DNA of 59,645 nucleotides, counting the filler. It is 7 parts of 7 records of this genome, joined end to end, with 100 filler letters (N's around TTAATTAATTAA, not from the genome) between each part and the next. Parts side by side here need not be neighbours in the genome. Positions count along the whole stretch, not along the records: positions 12,733 to 22,459 come from SRR31156797_31666; positions 22,560 to 34,077 come from SRR31156797_31766; 5 more parts are not named here. The stretch is one strand, 5' to 3'. Position 1 is the stretch's first letter. The number at the start of each line of letters is the position of its first letter. Below the pieces are notes generated by a model. That model ran no database searches and was not told where the DNA came from. It saw nothing but the letters and a program-made list of their open reading frames with translations. The position numbers and the translations under genes were made by a program. This document shows positions 18,287-31,500 of this stretch, in pieces.

Positions 18287-19135
18287 ATGAATAAATCTTT
18301 TCTTTTTTATTTTATAATTATTATCGCTTTTACTTTAATAATGGGTTCATGTGCTAAAACTAATCAATTTACAGAAAAAAGTTTTGATGAAGTAACAAAT
18401 TCTACTTATAAATTTGAATATCAAAAAAACAAAATAAAACCCGGAATAGTGTATCATTTTCAAATTTCGGATAATGCTAAAAAATATAAAAAACATGTTT
18501 CTCTATATGTTGCTGATTATGACAAAATTGAGGCGTTCAAAATATATCCCGGGTCAAAATCCACTTATTTAGTTAAGTCACAAATTAACTGGAAACTATT
18601 CTCTATACAAGAGATCCAGCAAATAGAGATAAGTAAAGACCTTATAACTAAAAATACAATTAAAATGAACTTAGATGATAAGAATAATTACAATAGTAAT
18701 TATATTTTTAATAATAAACTAGAAATTCCAAATGGACATTTTCCGGTTACTAATCATGGTTATGATTTTTCTGATCTGAATTTTATTTTTAGGCATTTAT
18801 TGGATTTCAAATCTAATGTTGAAATAGGTATCATAGCTCCTGTTAAAAATAGTATCGCTTATGTCGGTAAAATGAAAATTTCATATTTAGGTAATGAAGT
18901 TTATAACAATAAAGAATGCTATAAATACTCTTTGAGCGGAGAAGCCTTAAATAATACTGAAGGAATTTTATTAGTAAATAAAAAATATGGTCATTTTGAG
19001 TATATGGAATTAGCTCTTAATTATCATGCTGAAATGGATTTTTTCAGATATGAACTCTTATCAACTGATACAATGACTGAAACTGAATGGGATGAATATA
19101 TCAAATCAAAAACAAAGGATTATTTTTCAAAATAA
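18287..19135 (+). CDS. Putative lipoprotein, unknown function
   Basis: GGAGG RBS before ATG 18287; signal ending MGSC. Confidence 0.8.
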   Translation: MNKSFLFYFIIIIAFTLIMGSCAKTNQFTEKSFDEVTNSTYKFEYQKNKIKPGIVYHFQISDNAKKYKKHVSLYVADYDKIEAFKIYPGSKSTYLVKSQINWKLFSIQEIQQIEISKDLITKNTIKMNLDDKNNYNSNYIFNNKLEIPNGHFPVTNHGYDFSDLNFIFRHLLDFKSNVEIGIIAPVKNSIAYVGKMKISYLGNEVYNNKECYKYSLSGEALNNTEGILLVNKKYGHFEYMELALNYHAEMDFFRYELLSTDTMTETEWDEYIKSKTKDYFSK

Positions 19136-19165
19136 AACTAAAAATTTAAATGGGGGATTTTTACA

Positions 19166-20257
19166 ATGAAGCAAACTAATAGAATATATTACTTAGATTA
19201 TCTTAAAGTACTAATGATTATTTTTGTAATTATGGTTCATGCTGCTATCACTTTTGGTGGTGTAGGCGGTTGGTACTATCGGGAAGCTGTAAATTTCGAG
19301 CTTGCCGAATATCTATTTACACTATTCAATGCAATACAACAAACATATTTTATGGGATTTTTCTTCTTCATCTCCGGATATTTTACTCCTCGTTCTTATG
19401 ATAAAAAAGGAGCTAAACTATTTTTAAAAGAGAGATTTATCAGGCTTGGAATCCCCTTAGCAGTTTTCTATTTTATACTTAATCCCATATGTGGTGGATT
19501 AGCATATCCTCAGCACATGAGAATTTTAGATTCAATTTTAAATATGAGTTATTTAGGCCCGGGGCCATTATGGTTTGTACAAGCTCTACTTATTTTCTCA
19601 TTAATCTACTCAGCTATTAGAGAGCTTGGAAATAAAAATACAGTGAATATCAAATTTCCGAATACAAAAACTATTGTTATAACTCTCCTTTTGGCAGGAG
19701 TCGCTAATTTCATCATTAGAATATTCATGCCTGTTGGTGAAAGTATACTTGGTATGCAGTTTGCTCATTTTCCAATGTATATTATTTTATTCCCTTGCGG
19801 AGTTATTGCTAATAGAAGTAATTGGCTATCTAAGCTGAGCAAAATAAACTCTCTCTTTTGGAATACTATACTTATTCTTCTAATAATCATATTTATCGCA
19901 TTGATGGTAACTGGAACTGGTGGAAATCCTGATAATTTCATGAGTGGCTTAAGGTGGCAGTCACTATTTTATTCTACATGGGAACCATTTGTCGGAACTG
20001 CTATAATATTTAATCTTCTTTTGTTATTTGAAAGAAAGTTTAATTTTAAATCAAATATAGGTTTATTTTTATCACAGAACGCATATTCCGTATATATTCT
20101 ACACGCTCCGGTATTGATCTACACATCAGTACAATTAAAAAACTGGGATGCTAATCCATTTACTAAATTCTTTATCGCAGTTGGAGTTACATCAGTAGTT
20201 TGCTACATTATTAGCTATCTATTGAGGAAGATTCCAGGTGTTAAAAAAGTTTTATAA
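19166..20257 (+). CDS. Acyltransferase-3 family membrane protein (OpgC/OafA-like)
   Basis: RIYYLDYLK, FFFISGYF, ERFIRLGIP, LWFV, YSVYILH; multiple TM helices. Confidence 0.9.
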   Translation: MKQTNRIYYLDYLKVLMIIFVIMVHAAITFGGVGGWYYREAVNFELAEYLFTLFNAIQQTYFMGFFFFISGYFTPRSYDKKGAKLFLKERFIRLGIPLAVFYFILNPICGGLAYPQHMRILDSILNMSYLGPGPLWFVQALLIFSLIYSAIRELGNKNTVNIKFPNTKTIVITLLLAGVANFIIRIFMPVGESILGMQFAHFPMYIILFPCGVIANRSNWLSKLSKINSLFWNTILILLIIIFIALMVTGTGGNPDNFMSGLRWQSLFYSTWEPFVGTAIIFNLLLLFERKFNFKSNIGLFLSQNAYSVYILHAPVLIYTSVQLKNWDANPFTKFFIAVGVTSVVCYIISYLLRKIPGVKKVL

Positions 20258-20335
20258 ATAACTTTGTAAAACTCCAAATAACTGCTATAATGTCTCAATC
20301 TAATAGGATTTTTATTAGAAAAAGGAGTGGTTATC

Positions 20336-21031
20336 ATGATATTAAGTGGAGTAATTGCAAACTCTCTGGCTGTAAGCATCGGCTCACTGCTTGGAGTTTT
20401 CTTTAAGAATAAATTTAATAAAAAAGTAATAGACACAGTGATGCAGGGAATGGGATTATGTGTGCTGTATATAGGAATATCTGGAAGTTTGAAAGGGCAA
20501 AATATACTTGTAACTATCGGCTCAATAGCTCTTGGTGCTGTAGTTGGTGAACTGATTGATATTGATGAAAGATTAAGAAAAATGGGGTATGCTGTCGAAG
20601 CTAAATTCAAATCACCGGATCAAGAGAATAAAGAATCACTTGCAGAAGGTTTCCTGAATTCAACAATGGTAATTTGCGTGGGAGCTATGGCAATAGTCGG
20701 TTCTCTTCAGAGCGGACTTGTAGGTAATCATGAGACATTGTATGCAAAAGCTTTTATTGATCTATTTGTTGTTCTGGCTATGTCAGCAACTATGGGTATA
20801 GGTGTATTCTTCTCAGCATTTGCGATACTGTTTTATCAGGGAGCTATTACCCTGTTTGCAGGAACTATTGCTCCTTTTTTATCAGAAGTAGTAATCGATG
20901 AAATTACTTGTGTCGGATCACTTGTAATTTTAGCAATTGGATTAAACATACTTGGAATAACTAAAATAAAAGTAGCTAATCTGAGTTTGGCTCCATTTGT
21001 ACCAATAATTATATATTTGTTTATGAATTAA
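20336..21031 (+). CDS. DUF554 family membrane protein
   Basis: GVIANSLAV, CVGAMAIVGSLQSG and KAFID motifs; AAGGAG RBS. Confidence 0.88.
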   Translation: MILSGVIANSLAVSIGSLLGVFFKNKFNKKVIDTVMQGMGLCVLYIGISGSLKGQNILVTIGSIALGAVVGELIDIDERLRKMGYAVEAKFKSPDQENKESLAEGFLNSTMVICVGAMAIVGSLQSGLVGNHETLYAKAFIDLFVVLAMSATMGIGVFFSAFAILFYQGAITLFAGTIAPFLSEVVIDEITCVGSLVILAIGLNILGITKIKVANLSLAPFVPIIIYLFMN

Positions 21032-21061
21032 TAACACATTAAGATATTTAATCAATAATAA

Positions 21062-21098
21062 AAAAGGTGATTTCAGAATTTTACTGGAATCACCTTTT
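21062..21098 (+). terminator. Intrinsic terminator
   Basis: AAAAGGTGATT/AATCACCTTTT stem. Confidence 0.75.
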
Positions 21099-21211
21099 GC
21101 TTCTTACAATTCCTTTTTATTTTTTTACACTTATTTTACTCATTTGTAATTGTTTTTTTACAAATATTTAGTATCATTAAATAAAAATAATGAAATTAAG
21201 GAGGAGTTAAC

Positions 21212-21637
21212 ATGGCAATACAAAAAGCATTATTCGTTTGTTTACACAACTCTGCAAGAAGCCAGATGGCGGAAGCATTTTTAGCAAAATATGGAAAAGG
21301 AATCGAGGTTGATAGTGCTGGAATTGAAGCTTCTCAAATTAATCCAAACGTCGTAAAAGTAATGTTGGAAGAAGGAATCGACCTTTCTAACAAAGGAACA
21401 CAAAAAGTTTTTGATCTTTATAAAGCTGGGAATATTTATACTTATGTAATAGCTGTTTGTGAAGAAGCTTCTCAAAAATGCCCGATCTTTCCTGGAATTA
21501 CTCATAGAATTGACTGGAGTTTCAAAGATCCTTCTCAATTCGAAGGAACAGAAGAGGAAATTTTAGCTCAAACCAGAGAAGTTAGAGATGCAATAAAAAC
21601 ACAAATAATTGAATTTATTGAAAAAGAGTTAAGCTAA
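21212..21637 (+). CDS. arsC: Thioredoxin-type arsenate reductase (LMW-PTP fold)
   Basis: [16 protein letters not shown]-loop, resolving Cys in VC...CPIFPG, WSFKDP. Confidence 0.88.
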   Translation: MAIQKALFVCLHNSARSQMAEAFLAKYGKGIEVDSAGIEASQINPNVVKVMLEEGIDLSNKGTQKVFDLYKAGNIYTYVIAVCEEASQKCPIFPGITHRIDWSFKDPSQFEGTEEEILAQTREVRDAIKTQIIEFIEKELS

Positions 21638-21647
21638 TAGTAGCTAA

Positions 21648-21693
21648 AATCAATCAAAATTGAGAGCTTCTTTGCTCTCAATTTTGATTGATT
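21648..21693. terminator. Bidirectional terminator, perfect 20-bp stem
   Basis: AATCAATCAAAATTGAGAGC-6 nt-GCTCTCAATTTTGATTGATT between convergent genes. Confidence 0.8.
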
Positions 21694-21712
21694 ATTTAAG
21701 TAAATATTATTT

Positions 21713-22159
21713 CTAAATCACTTCTTCAAATTCGCATCTACTATAGGCTTTCCATAATATATTATCCTCTGAAACGTTATTTCCATCTATACAATATATT
21801 CCCTTTACTACAAGATCTCGATAAGCTCTACTTCCAGTTAATGGATTAATCGTTATTGTATCGTTTTCTATCAGAGTTGTTGAGTATGTTATATTTGCAT
21901 TTGATTCATTTAGTGTTGATCCCTTTGTTTCAAATCCTACTGACCAACCTTTTGTAATATTACTATCTAAGCTTCTATTAAATACAAGTTCTAACACATC
22001 TATTGAATCATTACTCACTATATTAATTTCTGATGTTTTTGACCTATTTAAGATATCTGTATTCCCGCATCCGCTAATGGCAATTGCTAAAATTAAAGCT
22101 AATAACATCTTACAATTTTTTAATAAAAACTTCCCATTTTTCTTTTTTCTAATTCTCAT
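21713..22159 (-). CDS. Putative lipoprotein, unknown function
   Basis: GGAGG RBS before ATG 22159; LALILAIAISGC lipobox. Confidence 0.7.
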   Translation of the reverse strand: MRIRKKKNGKFLLKNCKMLLALILAIAISGCGNTDILNRSKTSEINIVSNDSIDVLELVFNRSLDSNITKGWSVGFETKGSTLNESNANITYSTTLIENDTITINPLTGSRAYRDLVVKGIYCIDGNNVSEDNILWKAYSRCEFEEVI

Positions 22160-22212
22160 CTTTAAAGCCTCCAACATTTAATTCATTTTTTCGTATTTTA
22201 AATCGTACATCT

Positions 22213-22255
22213 ATTTTACTTTTATTATTAATTTTTTTTATGCTACTTAAGTACT
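22213..22255 (-). promoter_or_regulatory. Activator box TACTTAAGTA, 25 nt, -10 TAAAAT
   Basis: 9/10 match to the other boxes with identical spacing. Confidence 0.65.
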
Positions 22256-22350
22256 TTTCTTGATTAAAATAAGTATGTTTTTGAATAATTATTAAAATTT
22301 TTAGCATACAAAAAAAGAACCTCTTAAAAAAAGAAGTTCTTTACTTACTA

Positions 22351-22459
22351 TTATATTAAATTTAACTCTTTTGCTCTCGCAACAGCTTCTGTTCGTCTTT
22401 TTACATTTAGCTTTTGAAACATATTCTGATTATAACCTTTAATAGTACTAATTGCTAAA
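22351..22459 (-). CDS. C-terminal LuxR HTH of a second MalT-like regulator (5'-partial)
   Basis: LAISTIKGYNQNMFQKLNVKRRTEAVARAKELNLI* aligns with the C-terminus of 15378..18119; absent from ORF track. Confidence 0.9.
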
Positions 22460-22559
22460 NNNNNNNNNNNNNNNNNNNNNNNNNNNNNNNNNNNNNNNNN
22501 NNNTTAATTAATTAANNNNNNNNNNNNNNNNNNNNNNNNNNNNNNNNNNNNNNNNNNNN
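22460..22559. other. Artificial contig spacer
   Basis: N run with TTAATTAATTAA linker. Confidence 0.99.
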
Positions 22560-25500
22560 CTGGGTCATCATTGACACTGTTTACTGTAACAGTAATATCT
22601 GCCGTAGTACTTCCGCCATGCTGATCATATACTGTGTATGTAAATATCTCAACGCCGTGGAAATCCTGTACAGGTGTAAAGGTTACTTTATCACCGGATA
22701 ATGCTGCAGTTCCATTATCAACTCCAGTAAATGTTGCAGATACATATGCATCTTCATTGCTTGGTGTTAGGTTTAATCCAGCAGTTTCATCAACATCACT
22801 GTATAGTGGTGTAGCCGGCAGGCTAGGCATCAAGTCGATTATTACCGGTATATCTTCATCTGTTGTTGCTGATGTATCTGATGCTACAGGATCATCATTC
22901 ACTTGATTTATTGTAAGCCTTGCATTTGCAGTGCTAAATACTGCACCTTCATCGTCTGTTATGGTATATGTAAAGTCAATCCAACCATTAAAGTTCTCAT
23001 ATCCACCAGCTGGTGTATATCTGATATAATCTACACCACTTACATTTTCTACTACGAGAGTTCCCATAGCATCAGTAGTAGCACCATTTGAGTCATCTGT
23101 ATACTTTATATTATAAGTATCGTCATTTTCATCATGTATAATATGAAGTGTATCACTGGTTTTATCAATCCTGATATCATCATCAGTATCGTTCTCAAGC
23201 ACGTCCAAAAGACCTGTAGCTCCTTCATCCAGTACTAGACCCATATCATCATTGGCTATAGGTGGATCGTTTACTTCAGTAACAGTAAATTGTACATACT
23301 CTACGCTGTCAGTTGTTGATAGTGCATCAGGATTATCAATATCGGATGCTCCGTCATCATCTTCAGCTGTAAATGTCAGCTTTGTAGTATCATTGAATTT
23401 ATCAAACTGTGTAATAGTTACATTATATCTTGCTCTGCCGTCGTGTATGCCGCCTGACTGGATACCCTCGTATACTACATTAATACCAGATGGTACAACA
23501 ATCAGGAAGTTACTGCTGTTTCCATTAACTGATAGCGTAGCGTTGTCATCATCCTCATCATCAGCATACATCATAAGGTTATAATAAACTTGAGCTTCAG
23601 GTTGGGATATTGTCTCATACGCTGAATCAATATACAGCACTGGTGCATCGTTTACAGGATTTACAGTTACATTAACATTTGCAGAATATGTAGTTGCTCC
23701 ACCGTCTTCAGTCATTTCATATGTCAATATAACGTTCTGAGCTATCGAATTGTTCCAATCAGCATTTGGAGTATAGTATAGAACTTGTCTGTCAGCAGAT
23801 AAAGTACCGCTGGTACCATCGCTTAGTATTACTGGTGAACCTGCCGGTAGTGATACTACAGACACAGTACCCCATACAGAACCGCCAATAACAACAGGAG
23901 TAACAGTCGGCGTAGTTTTCTCAACGATTCCAACATCACTGTCACCTTCAAACAGCAGGTCAACGTCATCATTGCCTAGTACATCTATATAAATAGGTGT
24001 ATTTTCATCTGTTTCAGCTATATCGTCCTGCGGTGCTGGTGTATCATTTGCATCTGTTACTGTGATTATTGTTTGAGCGTCTGTCAAGCAATCTGCACCT
24101 TGGCTGTCCTGAACATGTAGAGTAATAGTTGCTGAACCGTTTACATCAGGATTTACAACTGCTTCGAATATTCTATCGTCATTTATATCCGTACCTGCAA
24201 ATGTCACAGTACCCAATATATCATCTGTTGTATTATTTCCTGCATCATTTACAGTACTTACATGAGTAACAATAAGGTCATCCTTTAAATCTTCCTCATC
24301 AGAAATAATAGCAGTCAAATCACCGGTTGTACCACTGTCTTCAGTAAGTGTCTTTGTATTTGGATTAATAATTATTATTGGTGCATCATTTACCGGATTT
24401 ACTTGTACACTAACATGAGCTGGCTCTTCTCCAAGGCTAGGATATATCTCTGGTCCTGCTGCCTCACTCATTCTGTACTCCAAAGTAATTGTCTGGGAAA
24501 CCTTACTTGTCCAGTCAGCATTAGGTGTATACAGCAGTACTTGTCTGTCTTCTGGAAGAGTACCTGTTGTCCCATCGCTTAGTACCACCTCTGTTCCTGC
24601 AGAAGCAGAATAAACAGACACACTATCACCGGCTATACCGCCGTCAGCAGAGTAATATTCAATTGTAAGAGTATCTCCTTCAAACAATAAGTCAACATCG
24701 TCATCCCCTAAAACATCTATGTATATAGGCGTATTTTCATCAGTTTCTGCAATATCATCTGTGGGTGTCGATATATCGTTGACCGCAGTAAATTCTACAG
24801 TGAATTCTTCATCAGCTGTTCCGCCTGGATGTGTATCATCTACAGTTATGGTAAAGGTAACACTTCCCTGCATGTTATCAGTTGGATCAATAGTAATAAT
24901 ATAATCATTATCAATTCCAGTGGTTGCAGTATTTTCAGTGATTACAGCACTCTCAATCAGTGAATTGTTATTGTTAACTGCGCTTAGGCTTGCAAGGGAT
25001 AAAGTATCATCCACATCATCTATAGTAAATACACGCTTTACTACAGTATCCTCTCCAACTGTGCTGTCATCAATAGCAGAAATAGTTGGTAAGTCATTTA
25101 CAGGAGTAACATTGAATGTCACATTCATTGTTACTTCAGTTCCTGTATTGCCGTCAAGAACAGTATAGTACATAGTATCAGTACCATACCAGTCTGCCTG
25201 AGGCTGATATCTGATTTCATTTCCTTCTATTGCAAATACTGCAGCATGTGCAGGTTCAGAATATTTACCCACCTCATTAACAATTGAAAGAGCTTCAGAT
25301 ATCGTACCATCATTCAACGATGGGTCATGGTCAACACTGTCATTAATCAATACTGGATACAGTGTGCTCGGTTCATCTTCATTAATCTCGTATACATCAT
25401 CACCAGCACTGCTTGACTGTCCCTCACCATCGCCAGGAATATCATTAACAGGATTTATTGTAACTGTAACTGTGGCAGTATCAGTATGCCCTTGAGTATC

Positions 25501-28500
25501 TGTAATCGTATAGTCAAATGTCACGTCTGTGTTATTATTTGCATCAGGAGTATATAGAATGTTATTTGCATTACCAGAGTCAATCACCGCAGTTCCGTTG
25601 CCTGGGTCTGTAATACTGCCAGGTACTATGGATATTGTATCAAGGTAATCTAAGTCAGCATCAGTATCATTAGTTAATACATCAATGCTTATAGCCACAT
25701 CCTCGTCTGTTGTTCTTTCATCTTCATTTGCAATTACTGGGTCATCCACACCATCTATAGTCACATTTATAGTACATGTAGCCGTACCGCCGTCACCATC
25801 ATCGACTGTTATATAGAACCTGTCAGTACCCTGATAATTTGCACTAGGAGTATATGTATATACACCATCAACTTGTACAACTGCTACTCCATGCTCAGGA
25901 GGATTCAGAGTGTCCAGAGAATAAATCAGTGAACTGGATTCAGTCTCGACATCAGTGCCGAACACTTGAGATGTTACACTGTCATCTTCATCCACACTGA
26001 TATTTTCACCCGGTAAAGTCGGAATATCATTAATAGGATTAATTCTGACAGGTACAGTGATTGTTTGTTCATCTTCTCCATCAGAAATAGTCAGCTTAAT
26101 AGTTAGCGAACCAAAGGCATTTGGTACAGATATCAGTATTACATCTCTATAATTCGCCTGCGAACCAGTTGTAATAACTATATCCGCATCCTCTATTTTA
26201 TCTGTATCCTCTGATGTACCGCTTACCACCAAAGTACTTTGACCGGACTCATTATCATGAACCTCTATTTCGAACCTTCCAAAGGAATCTTCATCGAATT
26301 CCCATAAGTCTTCACTAGTTGGAGTCAAAGTAGGTTCATCATTTATAGGTAGTACCTCAATAAATATTTTTGCTGTACGAATGTCGACAAATTCAGTATC
26401 TGACACTATATCATCAGTAACTCTATAGCTTATTACAACCTCTCCGGATATATCTGCTGTAGGAGTATATGTAATGCTCTTTCTGTCTGCAGAGACTTCT
26501 ACAGTATCACCAACGTCTAAACCAGTATCAATTGATGCATTAATTATAAACAATTCATCGTTCTCTGGGTCTGTATCATTATCCAGAGCAAATGTATAAA
26601 CTAGAGGAGTATCCTCATTCGTTGTTGCTCTGTCATCCTTTGCAGCAGGAGGGTCATTTACTGGATTAACATCTACTGTCACTGTTGCAGTAGCAGGCGC
26701 ATTATTGCTGTCTATTATTGTATACGTAAATGTATCTGTTCCATAGAAATTAACAGGAGGTGTATATGTAACTGTACCATCATTGTTATTTACTACTACT
26801 GCACCATCTGTAATATTTGAGAACGCTACTACACTAAGAACATCACTGTCAGTATCACTAACATCTGCCTCAATATCAGTGTCGTTATAAGTTAAGTTTA
26901 TTGTTACTGATGTATCCTCATCGGTTGTGCCACTGTCATCATTGGCTGTTGGCAAATCATTTACAGACTGGATTTCCAGTTCAACTTCTATTTTTTTCGT
27001 ACCGCCATGTGCATCCTCTGCTGTCATAATCAATGTGCAGTTACCATACATATCGGCTTCAGGGGTAAAAACGATAGTTCTGTCCTCACCTGTTCCTTCT
27101 ATAGTAACCAAAGATTCATCAACCAAAGTGCTGCCACCAGGTGAAGTTTCAAAGCTGAATGTCAGATTATATCCATCCTCTATATCGTAGGATTTGAAGT
27201 CAATGCGGATTTCTTCATCTTCATTGCTTATAACATATCCTACTATGTCATAAACATATGGGAAATCATTAACTGGTGTTATATTATATGTAATATCCTT
27301 TGTAATAGGAGTGCCGCCTGAATCCAGGGTATAGGTCATTGTAGCTGTACTGTCATTATTTCTTTCAGGTATGAATGTAACCACCGAACCGTTTAGTGTT
27401 GCACTGCCGTGGGTCGGCTGAGTAATTGAAAATGTCATTGAACTCTCTGGAGTATCAATATCTGACACGTAATCCAGCAAATCAATTGTAGTTATTGTAT
27501 CTTCATATATAGTTTCTGTAATATCAAGAGCCGTAGAAGGGTCATCAATATTTACAACTTCGCCGTTTGTTACAAGAATAGTTGTATCAATACCGTCTGA
27601 TAGTTCATAGACAATATCAAATGTACCGCTGTTTTCAGGAACTGCAGGTATTCTGACTGTAGCAGTTGAATCTGTGTTTCTGGTTATTGTAATATCTTCT
27701 GTGATTACAGCAGGCAGGTTTGAATTGCTGTGATTTTCCGCTCTGACATTTATAACAATATCAGCATTATCGTTATCTAAATCATCAAATGCAAAATCAA
27801 TTAATATATACCCGTCTTCATCTATCTGCCATCCAGTAGTAGGTTCTATAGTAAATGTTGGCGGGTCGTTATCAGGAATAACATCAATTCCTACATAACT
27901 GCTTCTGGTTTCATCTGCCACTGGATCATATATCTCAAAATTGATTCTCTCATAACCAGCAAAGTTGGCAGCGACTGTATAATCTATCCAAAACTCTGGA
28001 TTTTGCGTTCCATATCCCTCCACACGAAGTGCATATGATGAACCATTATCCACAGCAAATGCCACATTACCGAATTCTAGTTGATCAATATTATCATAAT
28101 TTGAACTGTACCATACATTCAGGTTAATGCTTATCATCGAACTATCTTCATCTATTCTGCGATAAGAGCTGTATGTACCGAAATTAGCTTCCCATGAATC
28201 CTGTATTATTACCCTTATTGCATGTACGCTCTCCAGCATCTCTGCGTCCCCTGCATCTGGGTCTCTGTCCACAATATAATAGGTGAATTCGTCGTGTCCG
28301 CGACTCTCGGAGCTTATCTCATCTCTGGTGTAGGTTATAGTCCCATCTGGATTAAGAGTTGCTGTTCCGTGACTTGCTTGTGTCCCAATTCTGCTAACAT
28401 ATAGAGTATCGCCATCATAGTCATAATCACGGCGTGTACCTGTATTTGAATCAGTTATTAGCGTATTTATTGTTATAGACTCTGTACCTAAAACATTTGC

Positions 28501-31500
28501 CAGTGTTACATAATCAGTTTCGCCCCACGGTGCATCATTTATCCCTGCAACATTGATAGTTACAGTTTCATAGGCTGTAATATTTGTACCATCTGAAATC
28601 CTGTACTGGAATGTATCAGTACCGCTGAAATTGGCATTAGGATGATATATATAGTTAGTGCCGTCGAATGTAATATATCCATTGGCTGGGTCAGTCATAT
28701 TCTCTATAAAGAGAATATCGTCGTCGACAGCATCGTCGTTGGATAATAAATCATCTGCAGTAAATGTAAAGTTGGTATCCTCAGTTGCATTCAAAGAATC
28801 CGCATATATTACCGGTGGATAATTTATTGCCCACACGTATATGTAGAAATAACGAATATAGGATAGTCCTTCAACATCGGTAGCCTTTATTTGAATAATT
28901 GACGTTCCTACCTGATTTGGTTCTAATTCCATATTAATAGCATATCTTCTGCCTAAAACCTGCTGTGCATACTGTTTTGCATCCTCAAATAACGCCTGAT
29001 TGTTTGATGTCACTTCAATTGAAGCAATTTCATTGAATCCGCCAAAGTCAATATCAAATGGGAGTATTGTATCATTCTCATTAATATACATATCAGCAAT
29101 ACTGTCAAAATAAGGACCAATACTGTCATTTTCTACAACTTGTATAGTAACAGTTGCATTATTAGAACTTGTACCGTCGTCATATCCTGAGCCATCCATA
29201 ACAGTATAATCGAATTTGTATGTTCCCACTGTATCCGGTGCAATATAATCTACACCGATATAGAGATTGTTCTCATATATGACATCCACAGTACCGCCTG
29301 TTATATTTCTGATACTGTTCGGATTAACGTCATTATCTTCTATATATAATTCCACATTAACTATGCCATTATCATCATAATCAAGGTCATTATAAGTTGG
29401 TATAAAGAAGTTCCTGCTGCCTGCAACAGCTGTGTATGTTACATCATTGGCTACAGGCATATCTGGCTGTGAAGTAACAGTATAGGTTTGGCTCTGTGAC
29501 AAATTATTACTGCCGTCACTGACTGTAACTGTAATATCCGTTGTTCCATAGGCATGTTCTGCAAAGTGTAGTTCAATATTATACTGCCAATTATCTGAAG
29601 CATCTCTTGTTATCTTTATATCCTCAGAGCTCAGAAGCAATTCATTTGATGAACTTGCTTCTACACTTATATCATCATAATCCGTATCTCTATCTGTAAC
29701 ATCTATTACAATAGTTTGGTATGCAGCCTCATCCTCCAGACATGAGAAAGTACTGCTGCCAAAAGTAAATATCGGTGCATCATCTACAGGGAGCAATGTG
29801 AATGTAAATGTATTCGTTGAGGTCAATTCTCCATCTGTAATCTCATATGTGGCAGTAACTAATCCGTTATAACCATCCTCGGATGTATATGTAAATCTGT
29901 TATCATCAAAGTCACTATTGACACGAGTGAATGAGCCATAATCAACAGATGTAACATTTACCACAGAAAGTGCATCATTCTCAATATCTGTATCATTCTC
30001 CAGTAGGTCGCCTAAATCCAATGTATATGTTATACCTTCATATTTTGGTGACCAGTCTACAGTCATACTATCGGCATTTGCTACAGGTGCATCATTATCA
30101 GGTGTAATGTTCACATTAACATATGCTTCACTAATCTTATTACCGTCAGATACCCTTATTCTTATCTTGTCTGTACCAGTACCGAATGCATTCTCCTTGG
30201 GGTCTACATGGACTACGACTTCTCCTGTTATACTGTCAATGCTGACTACATGAATTTCTCTAGACAGAATTAAGCTACTGTCTGTAGATACAACATAAAC
30301 CTCCAAATCATCAACTTCTGTACCTTCGTCCATATCACCTATAGTAAATGTCAGCACATTATCTTCGCTGTCTTCCACCATAACCATAGTATCAGGAGAT
30401 ACATTGGTTATATCTGGTGCATCATTTACCGTTTTTATAATAATATCTACTGTTTGTGTATCATATGCTCCGCTTGCATCTGTTACTCTGTATGTGAATG
30501 AGTCTAGACCATAATAGTTTGAATCCGGAGTGTATATAAAGCTTTCACCAGACTTAGTAACAGTACCATGAGATGGATTAGTCTCAACCGAAACTGTTAA
30601 AGTCTCATTTGTAAGGCTCTGATAGTCCATATCATAGTCAATATCATTTGCTAATACATCAATGGTTCTTAATGCTTCGGACAGCTCGTCCTCATTGACT
30701 TGCAAAAGGTCTTCTCGGGCAATTGGTGCCTGATTAGTATTAAGTACTGATATATTGATAGTACCTGTTACTGCTTGTATACCATCTGTGACAGTGTATT
30801 CGATAGTATCATCACCTGGGTAATACTGAGCAGGGGAGTAGGTTATTGTATTGCCGTTTAGTGCAACAGATGACCCATTTGAAGTTGTAAGTACTGCATT
30901 TGTTACTGTCAGAGTATCACCGTCAATGTCAGTCGCCGGAGACGTAGTATGGGTTATAGGATTTATGTTCAGTGTATTATTTTCACTAACTGTTTCGCTG
31001 ATAGCAGGAGCTGTTGGGGCATCATTTTGGGCAGCTACATCTACAGTAAATGTAGTTGTTGTGCTATTATATGCATCTGCAACCTCTACAGTTAATACTG
31101 CACTGCCGTTCATATCAGGTTCAGGGTTAATGATAAGCTGAGTTTCACTGCCTGTAAAGTCTGCAATTAATGATGGATTACTGCTAGTAACTGTAACTGT
31201 CAGCGCATCGCCTTCCATGTCTGAAGTTGTTATTGGTACTGTCCGCTGAGTATCTTCGTCAGTTGATACATCAGTAATACTATCAATATATGGCAGAGTA
31301 TTGCTTGTATTAATTACTTGCAGGCTGCTATTCCCGGCATTATCTATAGCATACGCTGTAAATGTGGAGTGTTGTGTATAATTAATTGTGAAACGTTCAC
31401 CGCTTGCGACCTCTGTGCCTCCAGTAGTAAAATAACTTAGGTTCTGTGTGCCTTCTGCATATTTTATCAGTGAAACCTGTGAATGTTCATCAGTAACATC

